Source: an uncultured Spirochaetota bacterium
Lineage (GTDB): Bacteria; Spirochaetota; Spirochaetia; SZUA-6; CAVTHK01
Length of the DNA: 64,000 bases
Reading direction: 5' to 3'
Assembly (NCBI GenBank): GCA_963734495.1
Contig: CAVTHK010000001.1
Coordinates: forward strand, 128,001 to 192,000
The position numbers and the translations under genes were made by a program. The stretch's first letter is position 1; every line of letters begins with the position of its first letter. A model generated the notes under the pieces. The model searched no databases and had not been told where the DNA came from. It saw only the letters and a list, made by a program, of their open reading frames with translations. Below are positions 40,821 to 50,532 of this stretch, one piece after another.

Positions 40821-42042
40821 GTGTCCGTCCGCTCCACTGTCGAACGCGCGCTCGAGCAGGGCCGCGGGATCCTGCGCCTCGCTCCGAACTGGGTGCCCCG
40901 ATCGTTCTGCGTGCCGGGACGCAGGATCAAGCTTCACCCGGACGACTACTACGCCCTGGGCATAGAGCGGGGCGGCATCGACGAACGATGGTTCGCCTCC
41001 ACGACGCCGGCCGACAACGGCCCGAAGACCGCGCCCGACGAGGGCTTGAGCCGTATCGTCTTCGAAGACGGCGGCCGCGCGTCGCAGGTGCTGCTGAGGG
41101 ACGCGGTCGCCGAGATGAAGGGCGCCCTGATCGGCGACCGCCTCTGGAAGCAGCACGGCCGCTGGCCGATGTACTCCAAGTTCTTCGACAACAAGGGGCC
41201 GCTTCCGCACCACATCCACCACAGGGACGAGCACGCGGCCCTGGTCGGCCAGTCGGGCAAGCCGGAGGCGTACTACTTTCCGCCGCAGCTCAACAACCAC
41301 GGGGGAGACTTCCCTTATACCTTCTTCGGTTTCACCCCGGAGACGACCAGGGCGCAGGTGAGAGAAGCCCTCGTCAACTTCGAGAAGGGCGACAACAGGA
41401 TCACGGCCCTCTCGCGCTGCTACCGGCTCGAGGCGGGCACGGGATGGGACGTGCCGCCGGGAGTGCTGCATGCGCCCGGAAGCCTCTGCACCTACGAGCC
41501 TCAGAAGGCCTCCGACGTGTATTCCATGTACCAGTCCCTCGCCGGCGACCGATTGCTGGAGCCCGACGCGCTGTGGAAGGATTCTCCCAAGGAGAAGCGG
41601 GGGGACTTCGACTACCTGATCGAGCTCATCGACTGGCCCCTCAACGTCGACCCGGACCTTCACGCCAAGCGCTTCATGCCCCCGATTCCGGCGGGCGATC
41701 CGAAGGCGATGGCGGCGCAGGGTTACTCGGACCTCTGGGTGGCCTACAAATCGCACGCGTTCAGCGCCAAGGAGCTGACGGTCTTTCCGGGCCGCACCGT
41801 CACCATCCGCGACGCGGCCGCGTACGGGCTCATCATGACGCAGGGGCACGGCACCATGGGCGCGTGGGACGTGGAGACCCCGGTCCTTTATCCGCTACGG
41901 ACAGGTCTCCAGCGACGAGCTCTTCGTGACGGAAGCGGCCGCGCGGGAGGGAGTCACGATCGCCAACCCTTCGCGGACCGACCCGCTGGTGATGCTCAAG
42001 CATTTCGGGCCGGGCAACCCCGACCTGACCGTGCGGTCCTGA
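40821..42042 (+). CDS. Cupin-fold sugar-phosphate isomerase-like protein (class I PMI-related), frameshift near 41890
   Basis: GGAGGT RBS; ERWFAS, PHHIH, GKPEAYYF, GVLHAPG, EPQKASD; C-terminus LVMLKHFGPGNP in a shifted frame. Confidence 0.72.
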
Positions 42043-42095
42043 GGCGACCGCGCGGCCCGCGGCCCGCGGCGCGCGGCGCGCGCGGCTCCGAGGCC

Positions 42096-42613
42096 ATGAT
42101 CCTCACGATCGGTCATTCGAATCGGGCGATCGAGGAATTTCTGGCGCTCCTGAGACGTCACGGCGTCGAGAAGGTCGTCGACGTGCGCACCATCCCCGGC
42201 TCGGCGCGCAACCCGCAGTTCAACGCGGAAACGCCTCGAAGCGAGCCTCCGCACCGCCGGAATCGCCTACCGGCACATCAGGGGGCTCGGCGGCCTTCGC
42301 CGGGCTCACAAGGATTCGCCGAACGCGGGCTGGCGCAACGCGTCGTTCCGCGGGTTCGCCGACTACATGCTGAGCCCCGAGTTCGAGGAGAGCCTGGCCT
42401 CACTCGTGCAGGAAGCCGCCGTGTGCGGTCACCGCGATCATGTGCGCCGAGGCGTTGCCGTGGCGCTGCCACCGGTCGCTGATAGCGGACGCCCTCACGG
42501 TCCGGGGGGTGGAGGTGGAGCACATCATCGGCGCGGGCGAGAGGCGGCATCACACCATGACGTCGTTCGCCAGGGTCCAAGGCACGCGCATCATCTACGC
42601 CTCGAGCGACTGA
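42096..42613 (+). CDS. DUF488-family protein, frameshifts near 42230 and 42425
   Basis: TIGHSNR, VDVRTIP, LGGLR, SFRGFADYM, MCAEALPWRCHRSLIADAL. Confidence 0.85.
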
Positions 42614-42664
42614 CCCGGGTCCGGGCTTGCGCGTTCTCCGCGCGCGCACAATAGTAGGCGCAGC

Positions 42665-43285
42665 ATGAAGACATACGAGTACGCGCGCATCCGCGTGCTG
42701 GCGCAGAGCATGGCGGAATCGGGGATCGACCCGGGCACCGCGGCCCGCATCCTCGAAGGCGGCGAGCTGGTCAGGAGGGGCACGAAGCCGGAGGGCAAGG
42801 CGGACTGGATGCGCGCCGCGATGCGCAGGATGGACGCGCTGCTCGACACGCAGACGAGGCGGCGCGTGCGCGAGCGATGCGCGTGCTGCCTCGGCGGAAA
42901 ACGCCTGGAGATATCGAAGAGCATCGCCCGGGAGAACGCGAGCCTCGACGAGAGGATCCGGGCGGCCAACGGCGCGAAGCTCGTGTTCGGCCACAGCGTC
43001 ACGCGCGAGGCCGACGGCGGCGTGGTCGTGCGCTTCCGACCTGAAGGGGAGGCAAGCTATGCTTGCGTGTGCCTGCCGCAGGCGAAGGCGCCGCTGCCCA
43101 TCACCTACTGCTATTGCTGCGGCGGCCACGTGAAGCACCACCTCCAGACCGCACTGGGCCGCAAGCTCGAATGCACCGTGCTGTCGTCGGCCCTCGCCAG
43201 CGGGGGGAAGAGGCCGTGCGCGTTCCGCTTCCGGCTCGTCGAGCAGGCCGCCTCCGGCGAGCCGCGAAAGCAGCCCCCCGCATGA
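42665..43285 (+). CDS. Cys-rich hypothetical protein (DUF6144/V4R-like)
   Basis: CACC, CVC, YCYCCGGH, SGGKRPCAF. Confidence 0.7.
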   Translation: MKTYEYARIRVLAQSMAESGIDPGTAARILEGGELVRRGTKPEGKADWMRAAMRRMDALLDTQTRRRVRERCACCLGGKRLEISKSIARENASLDERIRAANGAKLVFGHSVTREADGGVVVRFRPEGEASYACVCLPQAKAPLPITYCYCCGGHVKHHLQTALGRKLECTVLSSALASGGKRPCAFRFRLVEQAASGEPRKQPPA

Positions 43286-44397
43286 GAGAGCTGCTTGATC
43301 GGCACGCCCGCGACCAGCTCATCGAGCTCGCGCGGACCATGGTCGACCAGGAAAGGGCGCGTATCGTCGTCCCGCCGTACGACAACAGCGAAGGCTTCTG
43401 GTTCGGCGCGGGCAACCTCTCGCGCGACGGCAGCGGCGCGTTCACCCTGGTGGGTCGATACCGGAACGCCGGCGACTCGCGCACCGGCCTCTCGGCAGGC
43501 GTCCGCGGGCTGGAGCTCGCGGTGTTCCGCTCGGTCGACGGCGCGAAGACCTTCGACAAGGTGCTCTCGCTGTCCAAGCGCGACCTCACGTTCGACGACC
43601 GGGAGGTCGTCTCGATCGAGGGCGCCAAGCTGCTGTTCTCCGATTCGGGCGTGGAGCTCTTCGTCTCGACGGAGAAGACGGGCATCCCCTACCCCGCGCA
43701 TCTCGCTGCCTTCCTCAAACCCGGCACCGGCGTCTGGACCATCGATCACGCGGCTGCCCCGTCGGTCGAGAGGCTCCGGGGAGCGAAGCTCCAGACCATC
43801 GTGGCGAGCACCGACCCGCGCTGGCTCCACGTCAAGGACCCTGTTCTGTACCCGGCGCGCAACGGCGACACGGTGATGTTCTTCTGCACGCACCCCTTCA
43901 ACTGGACGAGCTCGAACACGGGCATGACCGTCAGGAGGAGAGGCGCGGCCTCATTCGGCCCGCCCGAGTTCGAGCGCTTCCCGCGCGGGTTCACCTGGGA
44001 CGTGGCCATGAGCCGGATCACCGGGCTCTGCCCCGTGCCTCGGACCGGCCTCCTGGCGAGCGAGCCCGAAATCGCGCTGGCTTTCTACGACGGAGGCGAG
44101 TCCATGCGCCGCTGCGAGGAGCACGCCGCTTCGGTCCGGCGTCCGCGGGGCTACTCGTGCGAGGAGATCGGGGGTCTCGCATTCCTGCGCGGAGGCATCG
44201 AGGGGCCCATCGAGCGGCTCTCCGTCGACCTCCCGCTCTTCGTGAGCCCGCGCGGCACCGGCTGCAGCCGCTACGTGGATGTGCTGCCGACCGAACAGGG
44301 GTACCACGTGACGTGGCAGCAATCGCAGGCCGACGGCTCGCAGCCGCTCGTCATGAGCTTCGTGAGCAGGCAGGAGATCGAGCGCATCCTCCGGTGA
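43282..44397 (+). CDS. Putative beta-propeller glycosidase (sialidase-like)
   Basis: ATGA overlap with upstream gene; Asp-box-like RSVDGAKTF, VKDP, YDGGE, SRYV. Confidence 0.65.
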   Translation: MRELLDRHARDQLIELARTMVDQERARIVVPPYDNSEGFWFGAGNLSRDGSGAFTLVGRYRNAGDSRTGLSAGVRGLELAVFRSVDGAKTFDKVLSLSKRDLTFDDREVVSIEGAKLLFSDSGVELFVSTEKTGIPYPAHLAAFLKPGTGVWTIDHAAAPSVERLRGAKLQTIVASTDPRWLHVKDPVLYPARNGDTVMFFCTHPFNWTSSNTGMTVRRRGAASFGPPEFERFPRGFTWDVAMSRITGLCPVPRTGLLASEPEIALAFYDGGESMRRCEEHAASVRRPRGYSCEEIGGLAFLRGGIEGPIERLSVDLPLFVSPRGTGCSRYVDVLPTEQGYHVTWQQSQADGSQPLVMSFVSRQEIERILR

Positions 44398-44399
44398 GC

Positions 44400-44859
44400 C
44401 TCAGCCGCCAGCAGTCGCCCATACCCCTCGACGCGATGGAACGTGAGCGAGTTCGCGTCGTGGGCGCGGTGGCCGCCTCCCACCCCGTCATCGTAGGCCG
44501 TCCGCCGTCGTCGCTCACGTGGACGATCGCGCCGCGGTCGCACACCTCGGGCGCCCGCGCGTTCGTGGTGACGTTGGTGCGCAGGACATCCGCCAAGGAG
44601 CCCTCGGGCGTCACGACGCGCGCCGCGATGCAGGAAGGTTGGACCAGATCTGCCCGGAGAGAGAGGCCACGCGCCGCCACGCGGCCCCGCGGTCGGCCGA
44701 ACGGTAGACGAAGCTGTCGGTGTTGTTTGCGCCCGGCGCGAAGTGAGAGTGCAATGCGACGTCGTCGCCCGAGGGAAGGATCGCGATCGATGGGCAGCCT
44801 GCGTAGCAGCCGCTCGACGCGGGGCTGTGGTGGATGACGACTCCCGGCACGCTCGACAT
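44400..44859 (-). pseudogene. Sialidase/BNR-repeat protein remnant with internal deletions
   Basis: PGVVIHHSP...PSIAILP...YRSADRGAAW...GQIWSNL, then VVTPEGSLADVLR, then AYDDGVGGGHRAHDANSLTFHRV, in three frames within 460 bp. Confidence 0.65.
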
Positions 44860-44893
44860 GCGGGCAGTCTAGACTTGTTCGTACAGCCGCGCG

Positions 44894-45808
44894 TCACCCC
44901 CTGGCGTCACCCCCTGGACGCGCGAGCCCCCGCAGCGGCGACCGCCGCAGCATCGCCAGCCACGCCTCCGCCGCGGGGGAGAGCTGCCTGCCCCGTACCG
45001 TGTACGCCTCGACGGGCAGGGGCGGCAGCATCCCCGCGAGCGGAGTCGCCGCCACTCGCGCTCCGGACGGCACCCCGAACTCCGGCAGGATCGAGTACCC
45101 GAACCCGCTCTGCACGTACCGGAGGATCGTGGCCATGCTCGGCAGCTCCATCGCCGGCTCCGGCCCCGCGTCGACCGCGGAGCGGAGGGCGAGGTGCCGC
45201 TCCAGGTAGCGGCGCAGCTCCACGCCCCTCTCGAAGTGGAGAAGGCCCTTCGTCCCCAGCTCGCGGGCCAAAGGGGGGCGCGGCCGTTCCACGCCCCGCG
45301 GCTCGACCAGCAGGAAGCGCGCCTCCCCCAGCCTCTCGCGGTCGATCTGCCGGTTCCGGGGCGCGAGGTAGCCCACGCCGACCTCTGCAGCGCCGTCGAT
45401 CAGCAGGCGCAGGATCTCCTCGCTCCGGCGGTTGAACAGGGCGATCTGCACCCGGGGGTACCGCCGGTGGAACGCGCCGAGCGGCCCCGGAAGCACGTGA
45501 TCGATCAGGGCGAGGTTGGACGCGATCGCGAGCCGGCCGCTCGGCTCGCGGTCCGCCTTCCCGACCAGGCGCTCCAGGCTGCCGAGCTCCTCGAGCAGGG
45601 CCCGCGCGCGCTCGTACAGCAGGCGGCCCGCTTCGGTGGGGACCGCGCGTTTTCGCGAGCGGTCGATCAGCTGCCGGCCGACCTCGCGCTCGAGCTTGCG
45701 CACCTGGAGGCTGACGGCGGGCTGGGTGCGGAACACGCGGTCGGCCGCCCGCGAAAAGCTCTCGGCGCGGACCACTTCGACGAAACACTGCAGCGCGAAG
45801 AGCTCCAT
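44894..45808 (-). CDS. LysR-family regulator
   Basis: SFSRAADRVFRTQPAVSLQVRKLEREVG, PTEAG. Confidence 0.92.
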   Translation of the reverse strand: MELFALQCFVEVVRAESFSRAADRVFRTQPAVSLQVRKLEREVGRQLIDRSRKRAVPTEAGRLLYERARALLEELGSLERLVGKADREPSGRLAIASNLALIDHVLPGPLGAFHRRYPRVQIALFNRRSEEILRLLIDGAAEVGVGYLAPRNRQIDRERLGEARFLLVEPRGVERPRPPLARELGTKGLLHFERGVELRRYLERHLALRSAVDAGPEPAMELPSMATILRYVQSGFGYSILPEFGVPSGARVAATPLAGMLPPLPVEAYTVRGRQLSPAAEAWLAMLRRSPLRGLARPGGDARG

Positions 45809-45816
45809 GGGTGTCT

Positions 45817-45865
45817 ATTCTACCATAAGTTCTGCAAATCACAGAAGTAAGCATTATTTATGGTA
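45817..45865. promoter_or_regulatory. LysR divergent control region
   Basis: AT-rich; TACCATAA / TTATGGTA inverted repeat, T-N11-A box TAAGCATTATTTA; TAGAAT 8 nt before lysR ATG. Confidence 0.6.
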
Positions 45866-45908
45866 CTCATGATCCGGGCGCGGCAGAGTCTGGGCAAGGA
45901 GGCACAAC

Positions 45909-47054
45909 ATGCCGTTCGTACGAACAAAGCCCAGCGAGTTCCTCGTCACCGCGGACCACGGGAGGCTGGTCAGCCGCGGCGCCGCCGTGCGGCTGTTCCT
46001 GCGGCCGGGCACGCCGCACGTCAAGGTGCCCGGCGATCAGCGGGAGACCTGCTTCGAGATGACCCAGGAAACGCGCGACGGGATCCCCCTGCGGTTCAAG
46101 GGGAACGTCGTCTTCCGCATCGTGGCCCCGGCCCTGACCGCGCAGCTCTTCGACTTCACCTCCTTCGCGGGCCTGGAGGCGATGCAGGCGCTCATCAGCA
46201 AGGCCTGCCTCGGCGAGCTGCGCGACCGCGTCTCCCACATGACCATGAAGGAATGCATCGAGGAGCGGAAGACGACGCTGACCGGCGCGGTCCGCGACGC
46301 GCTCAGCGTCCTGGTCGGCGACGCCGAACGGGGATGGGGCGTCGTGCTCGACGTCGTGCAGGTCGCGCAGGTGTTCATCGTGGACCAGGACCTGCGCCGC
46401 CAGCTGGAGGCGGAGACCCGCAACCAGATCCGTTCCGCGAGCCAGCTGGCCGAGATGCAGGCCGGCGAGTCGGTGCAGGTGGCGAAGATCGCGTCGGCCA
46501 GGCGCGTGCAGCAGCAGACCCTCGAGGCGGAGAAACAGCGGATCGCCCTGGACAGCGAGAAGAACACCCTGGAGGTTCAGGCCGCCGAGTCGGTGGACCT
46601 GGCGAAGATCGCGTCGGCCAGGCGCGTGCAGCAGCAGACCCTCGAGACCGACAAGCAGCGGATTGCCCTCGACAGCGAGAAGGACGCCCTGGAGAAGCAG
46701 GCGGAGCGGGCGCGCATCGAGACCGATACGCCGGTGCAGCTCCTCCGCGTCCGCGACCATCTCGCGCTCCTGCGCGCGAAGAAGGAAGAGCTGGAGCTGC
46801 AGCGGGAGGTGCGGGCCCTCGAAGTCGAGACGGACCTGATCGCGAAGCGGGCCGAGCTCGAGCTCAGCAGGCAGAGGCTCCCGATCGAGCAGAGGCCGCA
46901 GATCGTGGAGTCCGTCTCGCGCATGTTCCAGGGCGCCCGGCTCTCGGTGTACGGCGAGGACTGCAAGCTCATGGAGACGGTGCACCCGCTCCTCGACCTG
47001 GTGGCCGGCGCGCTTCAGCCGCCGAAGGCCGAGCCCGAGGCGTCCGAAAGGTGA
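45909..47054 (+). CDS. SPFH/flotillin-like protein with coiled-coil tail
   Basis: AAGGAGG RBS; ETRDGIPL..GNVVFRI, ELRDRVSHMTMKECI, WGVVLDVVQV; long EA/Q-rich coil. Confidence 0.78.
   Translation: MPFVRTKPSEFLVTADHGRLVSRGAAVRLFLRPGTPHVKVPGDQRETCFEMTQETRDGIPLRFKGNVVFRIVAPALTAQLFDFTSFAGLEAMQALISKACLGELRDRVSHMTMKECIEERKTTLTGAVRDALSVLVGDAERGWGVVLDVVQVAQVFIVDQDLRRQLEAETRNQIRSASQLAEMQAGESVQVAKIASARRVQQQTLEAEKQRIALDSEKNTLEVQAAESVDLAKIASARRVQQQTLETDKQRIALDSEKDALEKQAERARIETDTPVQLLRVRDHLALLRAKKEELELQREVRALEVETDLIAKRAELELSRQRLPIEQRPQIVESVSRMFQGARLSVYGEDCKLMETVHPLLDLVAGALQPPKAEPEASER
46458..46697 (+). repeat. 120-bp (40-aa) in-frame tandem duplication
   Basis: QAGESVQVAKIASARRVQQQTLEAEKQRIALDSEKNTLEV / QAAESVDLAKIASARRVQQQTLETDKQRIALDSEKDALEK. 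Confidence 0.95.
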
Positions 47055-47235
47055 AGTCCGCGGCGCGGCCGGCGCCCGACGGCCGGCTCAGAACGTGTAC
47101 CGCACCTTTTCTTCGCGGCAGACTACCACAAAAGGGCCCGGAGGCAAGCCGGGAACCGCTGGCGCAAGAGCGGATAGACATATATAAGAAGAACGGCGCG
47201 CGCCCCGCGCGCCGTTCCTATCGGAGGCCGGCGAA

Positions 47236-50131
47236 ATGGCGATGACGAACCTGCGCGAGCTCGACCAGCGCCGACGTGGTGCTCGCCGGCGGAACGCTGG
47301 CTGCCTGCCAGCTCGCGGTCGACCTCGCGGGACGCGGCCTCGCCGTGATCGTCACCACGAGCTCGTCTTCCCTCGCGCCCGAAATCTCGTCGACGCTGCG
47401 CGCGTGGGCCGCATCGGGCGCCTCTCGCGGCCCGCTCGCGCCGCTTCTGGAAGCCGGTCCGCTGCCGCACCTCGGTCGCCTGACCGAAGGGCTGGAGAAC
47501 CTGCTGCTCGATGCCGGGGTCCGCTTCTACTACCGCGCGTGGCCTGCGGGCATCGGGCTGGCAGGCGGCGGCGCCGCGGCGGTCGTGCTCGCCGGCAAGT
47601 TCGGCGTCGGGCTGGTCGCTGCGCCGGTGATCGTCGACTGCACGCCGCAAGCGACGCTCGCGAGAGCGGCCGGCGCCCCCGTCGTGCGGCGCGGCGCCGC
47701 CGGCGCTCCCGTCGCGTTCACGCAGGTTGTGCAGCATCTCGGCGACGCCGCGACCGTGCCGTCCTCCTGCAGCCTGCGGGTGTCCGCCGTGCGCGGCCCC
47801 TTCGTGGAGTACCGCTTCGAGACCGCCGCTGCGCCGCACGACCCGCTGTTCGCGGCCCGTGCCGCGGTCGACGCGCGCCGGGCTCTGCTGGCGGCGGGCC
47901 CGGACCTCCCGGCCGATCCGCTGCGGGTCGCCGACGAGGCGACCTTCGACCCGCTGTGGCGGCTCGAGCGGGCCGGCGTGGAAGGGCTGTCCATCCTCGG
48001 GCCGGTCGCGGTGTCGGGCGACGCGGAAGCGGCCGCCATGACGCGCGAGCCGCTGCGCGTCCTGCCTCTGGCCGCCGAGGCGGCCGGCGCTCTCGCCGCC
48101 GAAGCCCGGCGACGCCGCGGGCTCGCCGACCCCGCCGCGCCGCTGCAGATCAAGGCCGGCGAGCCTGCGACGCGCGAGGCCCCGCTGCGCCTCCACGACC
48201 CGGCGTTCGACGAGCCCGGCGTCGCCTGGCGGGCCGCCGAGATGGCGACGCCCGCGACGCTGCTCTCGCGGCCTCTGCTCGTCTGCGGCTGCGGGACCAG
48301 CGGCCTCGCGGCGGCGATGGCCGCGGCGCGCGCCGGCGTCGCGACCGCCTGCGTCGAAGCCAGCGGCGACCCCGGCGGCGTCCACACGGTCGGCGGCGTG
48401 CCCGACTACTGGTTCGGCAGCTGGTCGACGGCCATGGTCCGGCATCATCTCGCACTCAAGCGGATCGCGGCGGAGCGCCGCGTCCCGTGGTCGGTCGCGC
48501 AGATGGCGCTGGCGGACGAGGCCGGCGTGGAGCTGCTGCCGCTCACGCCCCTTGCCGGCGCGGTCGCTGACGGCCGAAGCGTGCGCGGCGCCGTCGTCGC
48601 GACTCCCGCGGGGCTCGGCGTCATCGAGGCGGAACTGCTGGTGGACGCGACCGGAGACGCCGACGTGGCGGCCTGGGCAGGTGCGCCGTACTCCTACGGA
48701 AGCGAGCGGGACGAGATCACCATGTGGTTTTCCTTCGGGAAATTCCGAAGGGACATGCCCGCCGCGAGCCGTCTCTACTTCTCGGTCGTCGATCAGCGGA
48801 GCCTCCGCGACACGACGCGCGCGATCGTGGCGGCCCGCAGGCAGGTGGGCGTGTTCGGCGAAGGCGAGTTCCCGCAGTTCACAGTCGCCACCCGCGAGTC
48901 CCGCCACATCAGGGGGCGCGCGCGGCTCGCCTACGCCGGGATGCTCTCGGGCCGGCGGTTCCCGGACGCGGTTGCCGTCGTGCGCTCCAACGTCGACATC
49001 AAGGGGCTCGCCTCGAGCGACCTGGCGATGAGCGGCTTTGTCGAGCGCGACTTCCTGCGCAACTGGACGGCAACGATCCCCTACGGGGCGCTCGTGCCCG
49101 AGGGGCTGGACAACCTGATCGTCACAGGGAAGGCATACTCGGCGAGCCACGACGCGCTCGCGATGGCGCGCATGCAGGCGGACATGACCGATCTCGGCGC
49201 GGCTGCCGGTCTCGCCGCCGTACTCGCGGCACGGGCTGCCGGCGGATTCCCAGGTGTCGATCCGCTGGAGCTGCAGGCGTCGCTGAGGGCCGCCGGGCTG
49301 CCGCCGCCCGGGGAGGCGGAGCCGCCGGCGAGCGACGAGCTCGAGTCGCTCGTCGACCGGGCGGTGATGGGTCCCCTGGAGCTGGACGGCCAGGCGAAGC
49401 TCCTGAGCGGCGGGGGCGAGGCCGCGAGGCTGATGCGCGAGGGCCTGCCGGCTTCGCGCGCCTCGTCGCGGTCGCTGCTCGCCCGCATGCTGGCCTCGCT
49501 CGGCGACCCCGCGGGATCGGAGGTTCTCCTCGCCGAGGTGGAGGCCGCGCTGAGCGCGCCCGAGCTGCCGCGCCTCTGGGCGCGCGAGCACCACCACCTG
49601 CCGGATCACGGCTGGGCGCCCGAGCCGGTCTACGCGATCAACGCCCTGGCGCTCGCGGGCGAGCGGAGGCTCGTTCCCCTCCTCGTCCGCCTGGTCGACC
49701 GACTGCCGATCGACGAGCATCTCACCGATTACCGCTTCTGCTACGTGCACGCCGTCGCCTACGCGCTCGAGCGCCTGGCGCTTCCCGAAGGAATCCCGCC
49801 GCTCGTCCGCCTGCTGGGCGAGCCGGCGCTCAGCAACCGCCGCCTCGCGCGCGATGCCGACCCGAGGCGGGGCGCCGATCACGTCGCCGAGCGCTGCGCC
49901 TACCTCGAGCTGGCGCTGTCGCGGGCGCTGGCCCGGTGCGGCGACCCCCGCGGCTACGACCGGCTCGCGAGCTGCCTCGAGGACCAGCGGCTGTACCTGT
50001 GCCGCTCCGCTCGCCTCGAGCTGCGGGAGCTCACCGGCGAGGACCTCGGCTTCGACGCCGCCGCGTGGCGCGCCTGGCTGGCGGAGAATCCCCAGCCGCA
50101 GCCGAGACCGTTCCACCGGCGGCTGGACTGA
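47236..50131 (+). CDS. Large FAD-dependent oxidoreductase (PF12831-like, duplicated domain, helical C-terminus); probable frameshift near 47265
   Basis: GGAGG before ATG 47236; GCGTSG, VDATGDADVA, RESRHIRG, IPYGALVP..LDNLIVTG. Confidence 0.82.
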
Positions 50132-50202
50132 GGTTCCGCACCTGTCCCATCCGCAGCCGCTCATCCGTCATTGAGCCAGACGTCTCGAGACAGGAGGGAA
50201 CT

Positions 50203-50514
50203 ATGAAGAAGTTCCTTGTGCTCTATAGTGGTGGAAAGTCCCCGGCCACACCGCAGGAGGGCGAGGCTTCCATGAAAGTCTGGATGGCATGGTTCGGGAA
50301 GCTGGGCAGCGCCGTGGTCGAAGCCGGCGCCCCGTTCGGCGGATCGAAGAGCGTGAGCCGCTCCGGAGTGCAGGAAGGCTCCGCGGGCAACGTCTCCAAC
50401 GGCTACAGCCTGCTCCAGGCGGATGACCTGGCCGCCGCGGCGAGACTGGTCAGGGAGTGCCCCATCATCGCGGACGGCGGCAAGGTCCACGTCTTCGACC
50501 TGCGGGCGATGTAG
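50203..50514 (+). CDS. YCII-related protein
   Basis: AGGAGG RBS; MKKFLVLY, WMAWF, GYSLLQADDL, ECP. Confidence 0.85.
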   Translation: MKKFLVLYSGGKSPATPQEGEASMKVWMAWFGKLGSAVVEAGAPFGGSKSVSRSGVQEGSAGNVSNGYSLLQADDLAAAARLVRECPIIADGGKVHVFDLRAM

Positions 50515-50532
50515 CCTCACCGGCGGGAGGCT

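Noticed and set aside
42051-42086. CGCGGC(C/G) heptamer tandem x4
   Set aside because: Short low-complexity GC spacer with no evidence of function
40821-42482. Cupin-DUF488 fusion
   Set aside because: Frameshift at about 41890 skips the stop at 42042; DUF488 has its own ATG at 42096
46458-46697. Repeat as CRISPR or mobile element
   Set aside because: In-frame coding duplication with no spacers or cas genes
34511-50164. Long antisense or alternate-frame ORFs (e.g. 34511-37402, 37720-40761, 47123-50164)
   Set aside because: Expected shadows of high-GC coding sequence; Arg/Ala/Pro-rich with no motifs
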